The translations under genes and the position numbers were made by a program. 64,000 bases of DNA from Chiloscyllium plagiosum (lineage: Eukaryota): NCBI RefSeq assembly GCF_004010195.1, contig NC_057752.1:4291626-4355625 (forward strand). Direction: 5' to 3'. Below, in pieces: positions 25,601-40,300 of the stretch; position 1 is the first letter of the stretch; the number at the start of each line of letters is the position of its first letter. The notes beneath the pieces are model-generated. The model saw nothing but the letters and a program-made list of their open reading frames with translations. It made no database searches and had not been told where the DNA came from.

Positions 25601-28600
25601 GCAACCAGATAAAGAGGTACTCAAAGCACTAACCTGTTCTCTTCGCCTTCCAGCAATTTTTTGTAAGTGGCAATTTCGATGTCCAGGGCAAGCTTAGTGT
25701 TCATCAGGTCCTGGTACTCTCGTACCTGGCGGATCATCTCCTTATTAGCCTTCTCTATGGCTTCGTGCAATTCAGTGATCCTTTTGTTAATTTCTGAAAG
25801 GGCCAGCTCTCCACGGCCCTCTGCTTCGACAATGGCTGCCTCTAGCTGGTCTTTCTGTAACACATGGGAAACGGTCAGTACTAAGTGAGCCAGACCCCAA
25901 CTTACAGTAGATGGATAGGATGCACTGCACAGTGTGGGGAGGTAACATTTCCATCAAACCAAAAATACAGCGGACACAAGACTTTTGATTCTCTGCAAAG
26001 CAATCTTACTTGTTTGTTCAGAGCCTGGATTTCAGAATTAAGTCGCCCAACTTGTCTTTGCATGTCTGAAATCTCAGTCTTCATTATGCGGAGATTGTCT
26101 GCATGCTTTCCAGAATTTTTCTTCATGTCGCTGAACTAAAATGAAGAAGCATTATTAACATAACATCCATAATTATTCTTTAATTGCGTCCAACGCAACA
26201 ATAAAAGGTGGTCGGTAAGGAGCTCTAGTGGTACAACAGTAGTGTCCCTTCTGCTAGACGGGAGACCTGAGTTCAGGTCTCACCTGCTCCAGATGTGTAC
26301 AATAACATCTCTAAACAGGTCAATGAAGGAAACATCTAAAGGTGGTCAATGAGCTAACAGTTGTGATGGAGGGTCTGCATCTAAACATCATCATATTTTG
26401 TTCTTTGTTGGTTATGATAGACCTGCATTATCTGTGCTGCTTCGAATTGCAAATATGCCTTTCCTTTTCATTCATCCTAATGATTTCCTTAATTACTTTC
26501 TTTATTGAATGGCCATGGACAATAGAGCAGGAGGTCATTAGGGTTGCTTCCACACAAAAAAAAAACAAGGCAAAGGAAATCAAAGGTTTTGCTTTTGGAA
26601 TGTCAGAGGACAATAAAATGGAGGAAAGCACAGAGTCCTGGTTGTGGGAGGTAACTTACAAACTGAAAGTTAGAAAGCCTCCTTCACTGTCTACTAAGAT
26701 GACAAAGGTTGGAAGGTTTGAGTTATAAAGAAAGGCTGGATAGGCTGGGACTTTTTTCACTGGAGCGTAGGAGGATGAGGATAGAAGTTTATAAAATCAT
26801 GAGGGGTATAGATAGAGTTAATGGTTGGTGTCTTTTCTCCAGGATTTCAAGACTAGGGGGCACATTGTTAAGGTGAGAGGGGAGAGATTTAAAAAAAGAC
26901 ATGAGGGGCCAAGTTTTTACACAGAACGGGGCTCATGTGTGAAATGAACTCCCTGAGGAAGTGGTGGACGTGGGTGTGAAGAAGCTGCTCCTTTAACAAG
27001 GTTACATTGTCCTTGGCTTTTGTTTTCACGGAGGTCGTAAAAGCAGCGATTCCAAAACGTCCAGGTTTGAATGATTTTACGGCCAGTTAGTTAATAGATG
27101 CTGCCTCAGGCAAAAGGCTTTTAAGTTTAAAATAAAACATGTACAACGAAAGGGGAGTGGCCAGCTCTCCCAGCTCAGCTTTCCTCTGGATTGATTTGGT
27201 TTTTGGATTTCTGGCTGTTCACTGAAAGCAGTCAGTGAGGCTACTGATCCAAGACACAGCTCCATGGAAGAGGGTGTCCCACGCTGCCATCTCTCTCTCT
27301 CTCCTGTCAGACCCAGTGTTTGATTTTACCTTTTTTTGCCAAGGAGTGTTTATGGGGAATGTTGCAGGAATTTGGAACAGCTTCGTTACGTTGGGATAAT
27401 TTGTTGGGTTTTCAGAAAGGTTACGTTATTCCATATTCTGTTCTCTTTTGTTGATGTTTCATTCGGTAACCTTGTAAATAAATTCTGGTTTATTTAAAAC
27501 TGAGTGGTCTGACCAGCTGCATCCCTCCTGGAAGATCCACATTACCCCTGCTTAAAGCAACCCGCAAAGTTAAGGTCTGGGCTACTTTCTTGAAATGTTT
27601 TGAGGGGGGCTGGCCTGGTCCAGAACATGGGTACAATTACAACATTTGGATAAGTACATGAATAAAACAGGTTTGGAGGGAGGTTGGACTAGCTTAGTCA
27701 GGGATTATGCTTGGGCTGAAGGGTCTGTTTCCATGCTGTATGACTCTATGTCATTGTGTCACCACAGTCCTACCAGACCATAGGGCCTGCTCCCTCATTA
27801 GAGAGAGAGAGAGAGAGAAGTGACTGGTGCTGATTTAACCCAAGGGCCACCAGACCTCAGGCAAGGGAAGAGTTTGAGAAGGAGAATCCTTCATGGTAAC
27901 CTCAAACTAGTGATGGGAATTGAACCCATGCTGTTAGTGTCACACTGCTCTGTAAACCAACAATCCAGCCAACTGAGCTAAACTGATTCCCTGTTTGACT
28001 TGATTTTTTTAAAAAACGCACATTTTGTTGAAGCTTTTTGTCTTACACTCATCAGGACAATTTGCAAGGATATCAATCCCGGGGAAAAGCAGCATTTTTA
28101 CTGAATGAGGGGAGAGTGCCTATTCATTGGTAAGTGATAGAGGCCTTGCCATGGAGAATGCACCCATTAATACTGATTAACAGTTAACAGCCAGAGTCTG
28201 TTAGACATTTTGAACCAGGCATGCTGAGTCGAACTAGTCAGGGATATGCCCTGAGTAATGAACCTGTGACTGGCCATCACCTATTTTGTTGAGTCGAAAC
28301 AAGCATGGTATATGTACATGTTCTCTATGTCTGCAAAGACAGGGCCTTGTGTATTAATATGTGTAGTTTCCAGTACACACTAGTGGGCCACTTTGTGAGC
28401 CCGAATGACAATTGCAATTTTTTTCTTCTTTATTCATTCATGGGATGTGGGCGTCACTGGTTAGGCCAGCATTTAGAGCAGCATGGAAACAGACACTTGG
28501 TCAAACCTGTCCATGCTGACCAGACATTCTAACCTAGTCCAATCCCATTTGCCAGCACTTGGCCCATATCCCTCTAAGGCCTTCCTAATCATGTACCCAT

Positions 28601-31600
28601 CCAGATGCCTTTTCAATGTTGCAATTGTACCAGCCTCCACCACTTCTTCTGGCAGCTCATTCCATAACGTGCCACCCTCTGTGTGAAAAAGTTGCCCCTC
28701 CAGTCCCTTTTATATCTTTCCCCTCTCACCCTAAATCTATGCCCTCTACTTCTGGACTCTCCCACACTAGGGAAAAGACTTTGCCTATTTATCCTATCTA
28801 TGCTCCTCATGATTTTATAAACCTCTATAAGGTCACCCCTCAGCCCCCGATGCTCCAGGGAAAACAGCCCCAGCCTATTCAGCCTCTCCCTATAGCTCAA
28901 ATCCTCCAACCCTGGCAACATCCTTGTAAGTCTTTCTTGAACCCTTTCAAGTTCACCATATCCTTCTTATACTGCCCATCCCTAACTGCCCAGAGGACAG
29001 TTAAGAGTAAACCACATTGCTGTGGGTCTGGAGTTACATGTAGGCCAGACCATGGAAGGATGGCAGTTTCTTTCCCTGAAGGATATTAATGAACCTTTGG
29101 TTGTCAGTGTAATTCTTCATGCACTTGAGATTTTCCAGCAAATGTTGTGCAATTGCAAAACCACATCCGATGATAGATGCTGTTTTGCAAGGCAAGATGC
29201 GTTGGGTATAGTCAGGACCCCTGCTGGCTTATTACATTAATCTTCATTATAATTATCATAAACTGAAAACATTAACAAAGATTGAATAGGCTGGGGTGCT
29301 TGGTTGAAATTCCACCATGAGACAGCAACAAAAAACACAAATGTGTCTGCAGGAGACTCTCCCCATATTATTCATTGCGCAAGCTGCAAATAGTAGTATT
29401 GTCTCTTTCTCAATCACAGTATCTTAGAAGGCACTTGTGCCAGTGCTGGTGCCTGCTGTCTTAAAAATGGATATATCTCGTCTTTAACAGAGTTTGTCAT
29501 GCATTACCTTGTTTTCCCATGAGGTCACAGTATCTTGGCGCATTTTAACCACCATTCCTTCATATTGAGAGCGGACATCATTGAGGATACTGGAGAGGTC
29601 CAGTTTACGGCTGGTGTCAACCTCCAGAGTAACAGCAGTGTTCTTGATCTGGGCCTGCAGATCATGGATCTCCTGGGCAGGAAAGAAAGATGGACTTGCG
29701 TTTAACAATGCCCATGTCCCAATTAACAGTTCCAACTCTTGTTTCAACAAAAAACAGAAAGACAGATCGTATTTGTATTGTACACCCAGGTGAAGGTTGT
29801 GTCAACAGGGCTAATTGGAAAATATGGTTAGAAAGGTCACTTTTGTTGGGAGTGTTATTTGGATACTGACTTGAGAAATGACAGCAAAAGCTCCACATTA
29901 CACAGGAGTTCTTCACACAGCCTAATCCCCTTCTGGGTTTCTGAACTCCTTTCTCTTAAATCCTCTGCCCACAGCGCCATGATCTCAGCCATGATTAGGG
30001 TTCAGCAAGTTCCTGAATCCACCTCAGCTGGTTTGGGGATCAAACCCTGTGCAGTCAGCGCCAGTCTGAACTACATCCATGCCGTCCACAAAACAACTTG
30101 TTCTTTACCTCGTCAAATATATCCTTCAGGAAATTGATTTCATCGGTAAGGCTCTCCAGCTTAGCCTCCAGTTCCACCTTGTTGAGATAGCTTTCATCGA
30201 CATCCTGCAAGACAATTCAAAACCAAATAGACGAGCTCAAAAAACCCCAGAGTTTTACATTGAATTATTGTGTAGAAAGGAGGGGGGTTGGAGAAGATTT
30301 TGAACAGTCTTAATTACTCCGCGTTCCCATCATTCAATTGTCACCTCACTTCTCTCAAAGCTGTTTGTCCGAATTGAAGACCAGTCCCTAATTGAAGACC
30401 AGTTTCGCTCTTAATAGATGTGTGTCTTGATTTTCTTCAGTGACGTAGGTGTGGTGAGTCAGGATGGGTGCTCATTCTATAGCTCCAGCCTTGACCTCAG
30501 TCAATGTTCAAGCATCTTTTTCATTTAGATGCGGATTGCCCGCTGAATGTTAACTGGGAGCCCATCCCTGGGCTGCTGGTGGGGATGGGAAGAGGCGGAG
30601 ATGGGGAAAATGGCAACAGGATTGCCAATGCTTGTTAATGGACCGAATCAGCTCTCCATTGCTCACACAGCAGAGGCCTTGACTCAAACTGGAAAACTCC
30701 ATCTCTCTCTCTCCATTAATGTGTCTGCTGTGCCTATTGAAGCAGTTATCACAGCTCCCACCTCCTAGCAGTGCTGGATAAATGTGTTCCAATGAAGTGC
30801 AAGCTATATCCGACATATATGAAGGGGCAATGAACTCTGATGCCACATCATGATTGTAACCTTATTTAAACACCTCTCTTCACCCACATCTGAGGAGGCA
30901 TTTGTGACATGGGCATAGGTGATGCCAGGAAAATCTGCCCACCTTAGAAATGGATGGGGGGGTTCAGTACAAAAGGTTCTCACTCCAAGTTACCTGCCTG
31001 GCTGCTAGTAATATATCCTGTCACCCTGAAAATCTCTTCCAAGTGCCCTACAGACATGTTTCGCGGGCGGGCAGGCGGGGTGGGGGGAGCCCATCTTTGC
31101 AGAGATGGTTTGTATTGGCATTTAGCTTGAACCCACCTTCTTGATCATTACAAATTCATTTTCCCTTTCTGTACGCAAATTGATTTCGTCTTCATACCTT
31201 GGGAAGAGAGAGAGAGAAACACATTATCATCAATAGCTGTTGAGATGAGCTGTCTGTAGAATTACCAGAATTACTGTCGAGCCATAGAATGGTCACAGCA
31301 CAGAAGGTGGCCATCTGGCCCATTGCGCTCTGCAGGAACAGCGCAGCTTGTCCCCCTTCCACTCTCACGCCCTTGCCCCATCGCCCTGGACACATTCTCT
31401 TTGAGTAATTAGCCCTTTCTCTTTTGAAAGCCTTGATTGAATCTGCCTCCGTTGCACACTCAGGCAGAGTATTGCTCAATAAATATACAGTTAACAGATT
31501 GCTAGCACTCTCTGCCCAATGTCAAGGCTTTAAAGCCCAAGCCAATGTGGGTCAGACACAGTCAAACTTCACCGGCACCCTCCATTTGAGTTGCAGCCCT

Positions 31601-34348
31601 CCACATTTCCTTTCCACAGGAGGTTTGCAGTGTAGAACTGTCTGGTAATGATGGGCTGTCGCACATTATATTAAAGGCAAGTCATTGTTAGTACCATCAA
31701 ACTGACAGGAACCCAAGTAACAGATTTGAAGATGACATGGCTAACTCTAACAAGACATCAAGGCATTCCCCACAAAGTGTTACATTTTTCATACACTTCA
31801 GGATACAAATGGATTTTATGCTTGCATTTTCCTATCTACCTGGCATTCCACACTTTTTCTTAAAATACGATGCCACTGGTAACAAAGTTATGTGCAACTG
31901 ATCATGAAATGCTGTAAATTGTAAATGCCCCAAGTCCCAATCACCTGTCACCCCAAACCTGCACTGGCATCCAGTCTTAAAACGATCATCTTTGCTTTTA
32001 AATCCCCCCATGGCCTTGCCCCTTTCCCATCTCTCTAATCTCCTCCAGCTCTGTAATCTCTAATTCTGGCCTCTTGAGCAAGCTCCTAATCTTAACTGCT
32101 TCAACACTGTGCCTTCAACTGCCTGGGTCCCAGGTTCTGGAATTCTCCCTCTAAGGCTCTCTACCTGACTTTCCCCTTTTAAGACATCCCTTAAACTTGA
32201 CCGCTTTTGCTCATCTGAGCTCAGATCGCCTTCCTTGGCTTCTTATTCGATAGTTTTATAACATTCCTTTCAAGCACCTTGAAACATTTTATTAGGTTTA
32301 AGACATTATGCAGCTATAAACTCGTGTAAGTAGTTTAACTTCAAACCTTTGCACTCTGCTTATTCGCAATGGTCAAAGAATTTGTTTTTAATCTTTGAAT
32401 GCCAGTTCCCCGGCAGCACCATCGGGGGACGAAGTGAGCTACAAGGTCCCAAGATTCAATCCCAGATTTCTGCTGAACTGCCTAATCTCCCCTCGACTCT
32501 AGAGGTTCAGCCGTTGTCTTCAGCATCTCAGGGTAGGGGAAGAGAGGGAATAACAAAGTAGATGACAGATCCTGCCCCTGATCTCTGCCTCCTGATCACT
32601 GCAGGACAAAAACTGTCAAAGGGATGTCCACTTGCAGCTGAGTGGCCAGCCAGCACCCATTGGCTGAACTCACATGGCCACTTGGGTGATGTGCTAGAGG
32701 GACATTTGATGCTTTCTGTTCTTGTGTAATTGCAGTTGAAACTAATTCCACAAGGAACAGTCTATTTGGGCCCCTCGAACCCGTTCCACCATTCAAGAAG
32801 ATCACGGCTGACCTTTGACCTCACATCCACTTGCCCCACTCTCTCCCTCAGAGTCTGAAAATCTATCGCTATTGTTCTGGAATATCAACGGAGCTTCTGC
32901 AGCCTGCGATCCTTCACCCTATACTGCCTCTCCAGACAAGAACAAATAGCATTTTATCAGTCAAGTCCTGTCGGTCCATGCCTTTACATCAGCACTTGTT
33001 AGGGCTAGTTAATAATAAATGAATATTGCCAGTTCGGAGTCACCTGGTCTTTGGATTTTGGAGTTTACAATGTTCAGAAAGCTGTGTAGATGACATCACA
33101 ACAGCCAAGTGATATTAAACTCCAAACCATGAACCATCCATTACAAGGTCCATTCACTGGTGCTTTATTACACAAGCATTTTGGTGATTGTTAGTGCATC
33201 TTGGGACTTTTGAATTCTGTTATCCGAGTAAAGTGTAACATACTCATGTAAAATTCCTTGGTGCACAGTCTTAATGCAGTTGTACCGTTCAATGTGATTG
33301 GGGTCAACTAATCCAGGGCAAAGGCAAATTCAACCTCGAATGTGGCTTTGAGACTTGTTTGGTGATGTATCAGCTACAGCCTACCCTCTGAGGAAGATGA
33401 TAGTCAGCTCACGTTCCACACCACAGACTCCGGCCCCAGGCTAGCACTCCGAGCCGGCACTCAGGGAATGCTGCACTGTCAGAGGTGCCAATCATTCGGA
33501 TGAGACTTCAAACCTGAGGCTATGTCTGACATCTCAGGTGGATGTAAAATAGCGCATTGCACTAACTGAAGTACAGCAGCAGGCTCTCCCCAGAATCCTG
33601 ACCAAGACTTACCACCCAACCATCATCAGCAAACTGATCCCACATCGCATGGTCTTTCTGAGAGTCTGCTATGTGCTTTTCAGTGGCAGCATTTGCCTCT
33701 AAAAGTAAAGCATTCTGCCAGTTCTCGAATTCTAAAGGAGCTTTATGTAACTTCCTTCATTCACTCGAACACATTTAGGCCATCTAGATACGAAATAGGA
33801 CACGTTACGTTCACCATTTTCATGGGCAGTCATGTGAACCAGCTCCTACCTTCACACCAGTGGGCTGTGCCAAATCAGGTAACCTTGGCATAACTCATAC
33901 TGGCAGGAAGCTCTGTCCCCCATTGTGCCCACTGACCTATCTTAGTTTCCCATCTGGCAACACTTTGAACATTCCCCATGCTCCCCCCCCCCCACCCCGA
34001 TTGATCACGACAGGAAGCAGATGTGCATGAACGCCCACTGAGTACAGGAGGAGTCTCAATTACGATGAAGAGGTAGCAATGTGCCACAGGTAGAATGCTG
34101 ACACTTGTTTCGGTTTATGCCCAATTTCTCAACCTCAGTCAGTGTCTTCAGGGCAGGAGTTAAGCCAATTGTTAAGAAGGGTTTGGAGGGATACGGGCCA
34201 AGTGCTGGCAAAGGGAACTAGATTAATTTCGGATATCTGGTCAGCATGGATGAGTTAGACTGAAGGGTCTTTTCCATGCTGTACATCTCTAGGAATCTAA
34301 TTCCTACCTTTAAGTTAAACTTTAAGCTTGTTTCACTCATTCTCAGAG

Positions 34349-34386
<38 letters not shown>

Positions 34387-37300
34387 CTTTGAGATTTTGT
34401 TTAAATCTCACTTTTTGACAAAGCTTTTGGTCACTTCCTTCTCCCTTCGAGGAGCACTGGTTTGGTGCCTCCATACCTGGTACAAATGGACAAAGCTTGT
34501 GCCACATGTGCTCTGTCTGTTTCCACCTCAAAACGTTACAATCAGCGTCAATACATGCCAGGCGACACTGACTTGTCTATCACAAATGGCCTCCCACTTG
34601 AAACACACTGGCATTTCAGATGCCCAGCTTGGCCCCTATCAAAGAGAGTGCCAGCCAGAGTGCCAGTGAAAGTTTGGCAGCAAGTGCCTAGACAACAGAG
34701 TGGCATGATGGCTCAGTGGTTAGCACTGCTACCTCACAGCACCAGGGACCTGGGTTTGACTTCAGCCTCGGGTGACTGTGTGGAGTTTGCACATTCTCCC
34801 CGTGTCTGCGGGGGTTTCCTCCCACAGGCAAGAGATGTGCAGGCCAGGTGAGTTGGCCATGCGAAATTGCCCATAGTGTTAGGTGCATTAGTCAGAGGGA
34901 AAATGGGTCTGGATGGGTTACTCTTCGGAGGGTCAGTGTGGACTGAAGAGCCTGTTTCCACATTGTAGGGAATCTAATCTAAACATTTTCAGGCCAGTGC
35001 TGTCTTGCTAACAGTTAGAATTCAGCTTTCAGTTGCTTTAGACGGGAGTGTTTAAAATGCAGTAAAGTAGCAGCATCGTTTGAGACCTTGGGGATGGTCA
35101 TCCTTTTTCGCTTCAGGCCCAGGTTAAAAAATAAAAAGTCCTACGCTCAGCATCATTCCAAGACATGGCCAACAGCAGCAGCAGTGAATTTCCAGTGGTG
35201 ATGGTGCAAGCACTAGAACCTCAGGCATCAGTGGCCCTTCAGGATGAGGGACTTTGTTTCATTTCAGTAAACATGAGGAAGGAAAGATGACATTACCCTA
35301 CCTCCTGTGTTCTTTTCCCCTAAATATATTGCTCATTGGGAGGGTGTACAATCAACTGAAGAGGAAAAGGCGAGCAAGCATATGAGCATGTGACCTGATG
35401 TTCTTACAACCGTGAATTGCAGCGAAAAGTGCAGAGGACCCTCCCCGAAGATCATTGTTATAAAACAACAAAGAACATTTTATGCAAAACCCATTAACCT
35501 GTCTGCTTCCAGGGAGAACTAATCTACTTGATGTCTGTAACTGGGGCTAACATAAGTAAACAGCTTTGTGCATAACATCCTATTGAGGGGAACAATTTCA
35601 ATCTCAGGTGACCCAGATCGTAACTCTAATCCAAGCTTGTGGATGAATTCAGTCTTAAAGCACCCTTTCCTTACGATAGAACTTACTGACTGAACAGTGA
35701 CACAGCTCACAACTCACCCCTCAGTAACAGCTGCTCTCTCTGGTGGGATAGGTCATGTCTCACCACCTGGACAGGTGAAACATGAACCCAAACTCTCTGG
35801 ACCAGAGGTAGGGACACTACCACTGAGCCTTGAGATCCCAACAACTCACCCATTGCATTTACACAGTAATTCAGTCAATTAGCTGCAGCTAATACTGATG
35901 CAGGCGTGCATACGGAGACTGGCGCATCAGTTAGCTGGTCAGTGACACAATTGGGTAGAGTCAGTTCCTGCACTGGCTGAGGTTACCAGGAAGGACTCTC
36001 CTTCTCAACCTCTCCCCTCATCTGAGGTGTGGTGACCCTCAGGTTAAACGGCACGGTGGTTAGCACTGCTGCCTGACAGTGCCAGGGTCCCGGGTTCAAT
36101 TCCTGCCTCAGGCAACTGTCTGTGTGGCGTTTGCACATTCTGCATGGGTATCCTCTGGTTTCCTCCCACAGTCCAAAGACGTGCAGGTTAGGTGAATTGG
36201 CCATGCTAAATTGCCTGTAGTGTTAAGTGAAGGGGTAAATGTAGGGGAATGGGTCTGGGTGGGTTGCTCTTTGGAGGGTCAGTGTGGACTTGTTGGGCCG
36301 AAGGGCCTGTTTCCACACTAAGTAACCTAATCTAAACCTCCCTCTGAGTAGAGTGCTGATTTGGGGGTGCCAGTGTTGGACTGGATTGGACAAAGTTAAA
36401 AATTACACAACACCAGGTTATAGTCCAACCAGTTTATTTGGAGGCACTAGCTTTCAGAGCACTGCTCCTTCATCAAGAGGTTGTTGTGCAGCCCTGTTGT
36501 CCAGGAGGACTACTGTGACTTTATCTTTAAAGGTAACCATTCAAATTAACTTTATCTTCTGGCTGGTTCTCATTACTCCTTGGAGGTATATTGACACAAG
36601 GAGTAATACTAAGAGAAATGATATAACTTCTCTTAAAAACAAAAAAAAATTACAAGCTGTGCACTCGGCCAAGACAGAAGAAAAAAATACAATGTTTAGA
36701 TTAAATTCCCTACAGTGTGGAAACAGGCCCTTCGGCCCAACAAGTCCACACCGACCCTCCAAAGAGCAACCCACCCCAGACGCATTCCCCTACTCTCACC
36801 CCTGACTACTGCACCTAACACTACGGGTAATTTACCTGACCTGCACATCTTTGGACTGTGGGAGGAAACCGGAGCACCAGAAGAAACCCATGCAGACACA
36901 GGGAGAACGCGCAAACTCCACACAGACAGTCGCCCAAGGTTGGAATTGAACCCAGGTCCCTGGTGCTGTGAGGCAGCAGTGCTAACCACTGTGCCACCGC
37001 GGATTGTGTCACAATGTGCCTCAGGAGACTTGGATGAAGGACCAGGAATAGGGTAACCAAACCAAAGTTAAAAATCACACAACACCAGGCTATAGTCCAA
37101 CGGGTTAATTTGGAAATACTAGCTTTTGAAGTGCTGCTCCTTCATCAGGTGGTGAGGAAGCTCGTGCTTCCAAATAAACCTGTTGGACTATAACCTGGTG
37201 CTGTGCGAGTTTTAACTTTGTCCACCCCAGTCCACCTCCACATCTTCACCAAAACAGTTTCTCCGCCTGATTAGCTTATAATGGATGCTGCTGGAAACCG

Positions 37301-40300
37301 CGTGGGTCCAAAGGGAAGAGATCTGATCCAACAGTACCAATGCTCTTCCCCAGGCTAGGGTCATGTATGAGGAATGATCGATGGAGATCGTGGTTGAGAC
37401 GCTTTGCTGGTTTTTGGTCAACCCTCCCTGACCCATGCTTTTCATGCCAGCACATTCAGCATCCTGACTGAGGAGACCAGCACAAGCTGTGGATTGAATC
37501 TGATAGCCTTGGGCACTTTACTTAGATGACTGAACAATCAAGAGAGACTTACCTCTTCAGAGCATTGCTGGTCCATAGTCAAATTGGACTGTTTTAGTTA
37601 TGGAGATTGCTGCATCTCTCTACTTGACAATAGGGACTACGTCTCCATGAAGCACTTCATTTGTGAGGATGCATTCTCACACATCCCTGAGACACAAAGG
37701 GTGGCACATAACTGCATGCCCTTTCGTTCTTTCAATGGTTGGAATGGTAGAATCCAATCATAAGTCCGGAGAAACGGTATACCAAGTGAAACATAAAAAG
37801 GGTCCACAAGCCTAAGCTTTGTTGCTACCTTCCCCAAAGCCCTGGTCAATTTTTTATCCCTCAGCAAAAAAACAAAATCACAAAAACACATTAGTCAATT
37901 GTCTCACTGCTGTTGGTGGAATCAACAGGCTGCCACCACCCCAACACTCCAAGAACGACTGGTGGTGCAGTGGTTAGCACTGCTGCCTCACAGCACTGGG
38001 AACCTGGTTTCAAGCCCACTCTCGGGCGACTGTTTGTGTGGCGTTTGCATATTCGCCCTGTGTCTGCGTGGGCTTGTTCCGGTTTCCTCCTACAGTCCAA
38101 AGATGTGCAGGTTAGGGTGGATTGGCCACGCTGAATTGCCCCATAGTGTCCAGGGATGTGCAGGTTAGGGTGGATTGGCTATGCTAAATTGCCCCATAGT
38201 GTTCAGGGATGTGCAGGCTGGGTGGGTTAGCCATGAGAAATGTGGGGTGGGGGGATGCCCTTTGGAGGGAGAGGGTGGACTCAATGCGCTGAACGATCTG
38301 CTCCCATACTGTCGGGATTCTATGACTGGACTTCCAAAGTGGCTGGGAGGTGTTTTGGGAATCTGAGGCTGTGATAGGAGCTCCCTATCATTTGGTAACA
38401 ATGCTGTTAGCGGATCTGCCTACCCGTGGTGTGCTACACTGTGGTGTGTGCTAATTCAGGTATCCCACATGACATTCCTGAGTTACTTCCTAGGGAAAAG
38501 TGGCAGAGGTGATTTCCTGCTGCCTTTTCAGTTTCTGAAGTATTGCCTTCTAGATGGGCTGCGAAGAAGACTAAGGAGCTTGTCCAACCACATGCCCAGT
38601 CTCCATTCATCAGGGCAGTCCAGAGCCGACTACCCATAACCATGGTCCACAACACTAGTGGGCACTTCTTCGAGATTTTAACTCCGTTTTAACAGAGAAC
38701 ATTCCAATCCTCACCCACCAGAGCTCTCAGGCTTGGGATTCCATAAAATGGTCCCTTTAAAATTTAGTTGCTGTGTACAGCTGATCCTTTCCCTCTGGGG
38801 AATCTTTCTATCTTTTGTTGCCTGTATAGTTCCTCGTATGCTGTTACATTGCTGTCTGTACACACAGTTTAACAGAAACAATGCGTTGTGGACTCAGCAG
38901 GCTGTTGACGGCGATGGTGCTCCGATATCTTTCAGGACAATACCTAACTCATGTAATGGTTCTCAATATTCTATTTGCAGTTTCTCTAGACTTCAGCTCC
39001 ATTCACTCCCCATAAATGAGGATCTAAGATTAGTTTAATCTGGTTTCATACAGACGTTCTGAAATAATAGATTTTTTTTAAAAAAAAGAATAGGCTAAAT
39101 CGCTTGAGCTTACTGTTCAAAGAATATTGTCCAAGTCTTCAGCTCAAAAAGAATTCCTCAGCCAAGCTGCTTAGAAACTGAATTAAAGAGGCATCATAGA
39201 ATCCCGACAATGTGAAAGCAAACCATTCTGCCCATCAAGTACACACCACCCTGCCAAAGAATTCCCACCAAGACCCACCCCATCCCTGTAACACTATGTT
39301 CACCCACCAAACCTGTATATTTTTAGACTGTGGAAGGAAACTGGGACCCTTGCAGACACAGGGAGAATAGATCAGTGGTTAACACTGCTGCCTCACAGCG
39401 CCAGGGACCTGGGTTCGATTCCAGCCTCGGGCGACTGTCTGTGTGTGGAGTTTGCACATTCTCCCCGTGTCTACATGGGTTTCCTCTGGGTGCTCCAGTT
39501 TCCTCCCACAATCCAAAGATGTGCAGGTTAGGTGAATTGACAGTGCTAGATTGCCCATAGTGTTCAGGGATACATAGGCTGGGTGCATTAGTCAGGGGTA
39601 AATATAGGGTAGGGGAATGGGTCTGGGCGAGTTACTCTTCAGACAGTCGGTGTGGACTTGTTGTATTGAAGGGTCTGTTTCCACATTGTAGGGATTCGAA
39701 AAGAAAACATACTGGGATCGAACCTGGGTCCCTGGCGCTGTGGGGCAGCAGTGCTAACCACGGAGTCACCGTGTGGCCCTGTGAATGAAGTTATGCTATC
39801 ATTTATTAAAGGTAAAGTCACTGGTTCTATTAGATTGGAGAGTCGCTCTCTTATTGGACAGAGGCAACTGAGGGTAACCACGCCTCAGGCGAGGGGAGAG
39901 GTTGAGGAGGAAAACCCATCAGAGTAGCGGGAATTGAACCCAACATGCTGGCGTGACCCTGCCTTGCAAACCAGCCCCCTCTTCAGCTGCATAAGGCAGT
40001 TTGATGAGCCCTATTTCTCATACTGTTGTATAGAATCATTGACTCTTACAGAACAGAAGGAGGCCATTCAGCCAATTGCACCTGTACTGGTTCTTTGAAA
40101 GAGTTTTCTAATTAGTGCCCACTTCTCTACTCTTTCCCCAAAGCCATTTCCACCCCCCATCCCACCCTTTTAAGGAAACATCCCATTCACCTTTTGAAAA
40201 AAAAATTACGTTTAAACCTGCTCTTGTGCAGGTAGCACAATCCAGAAACCCAACAGCTCCCTGCTTGAAGAAAAATTCATCGCCCATCTGCACCTTTTGC

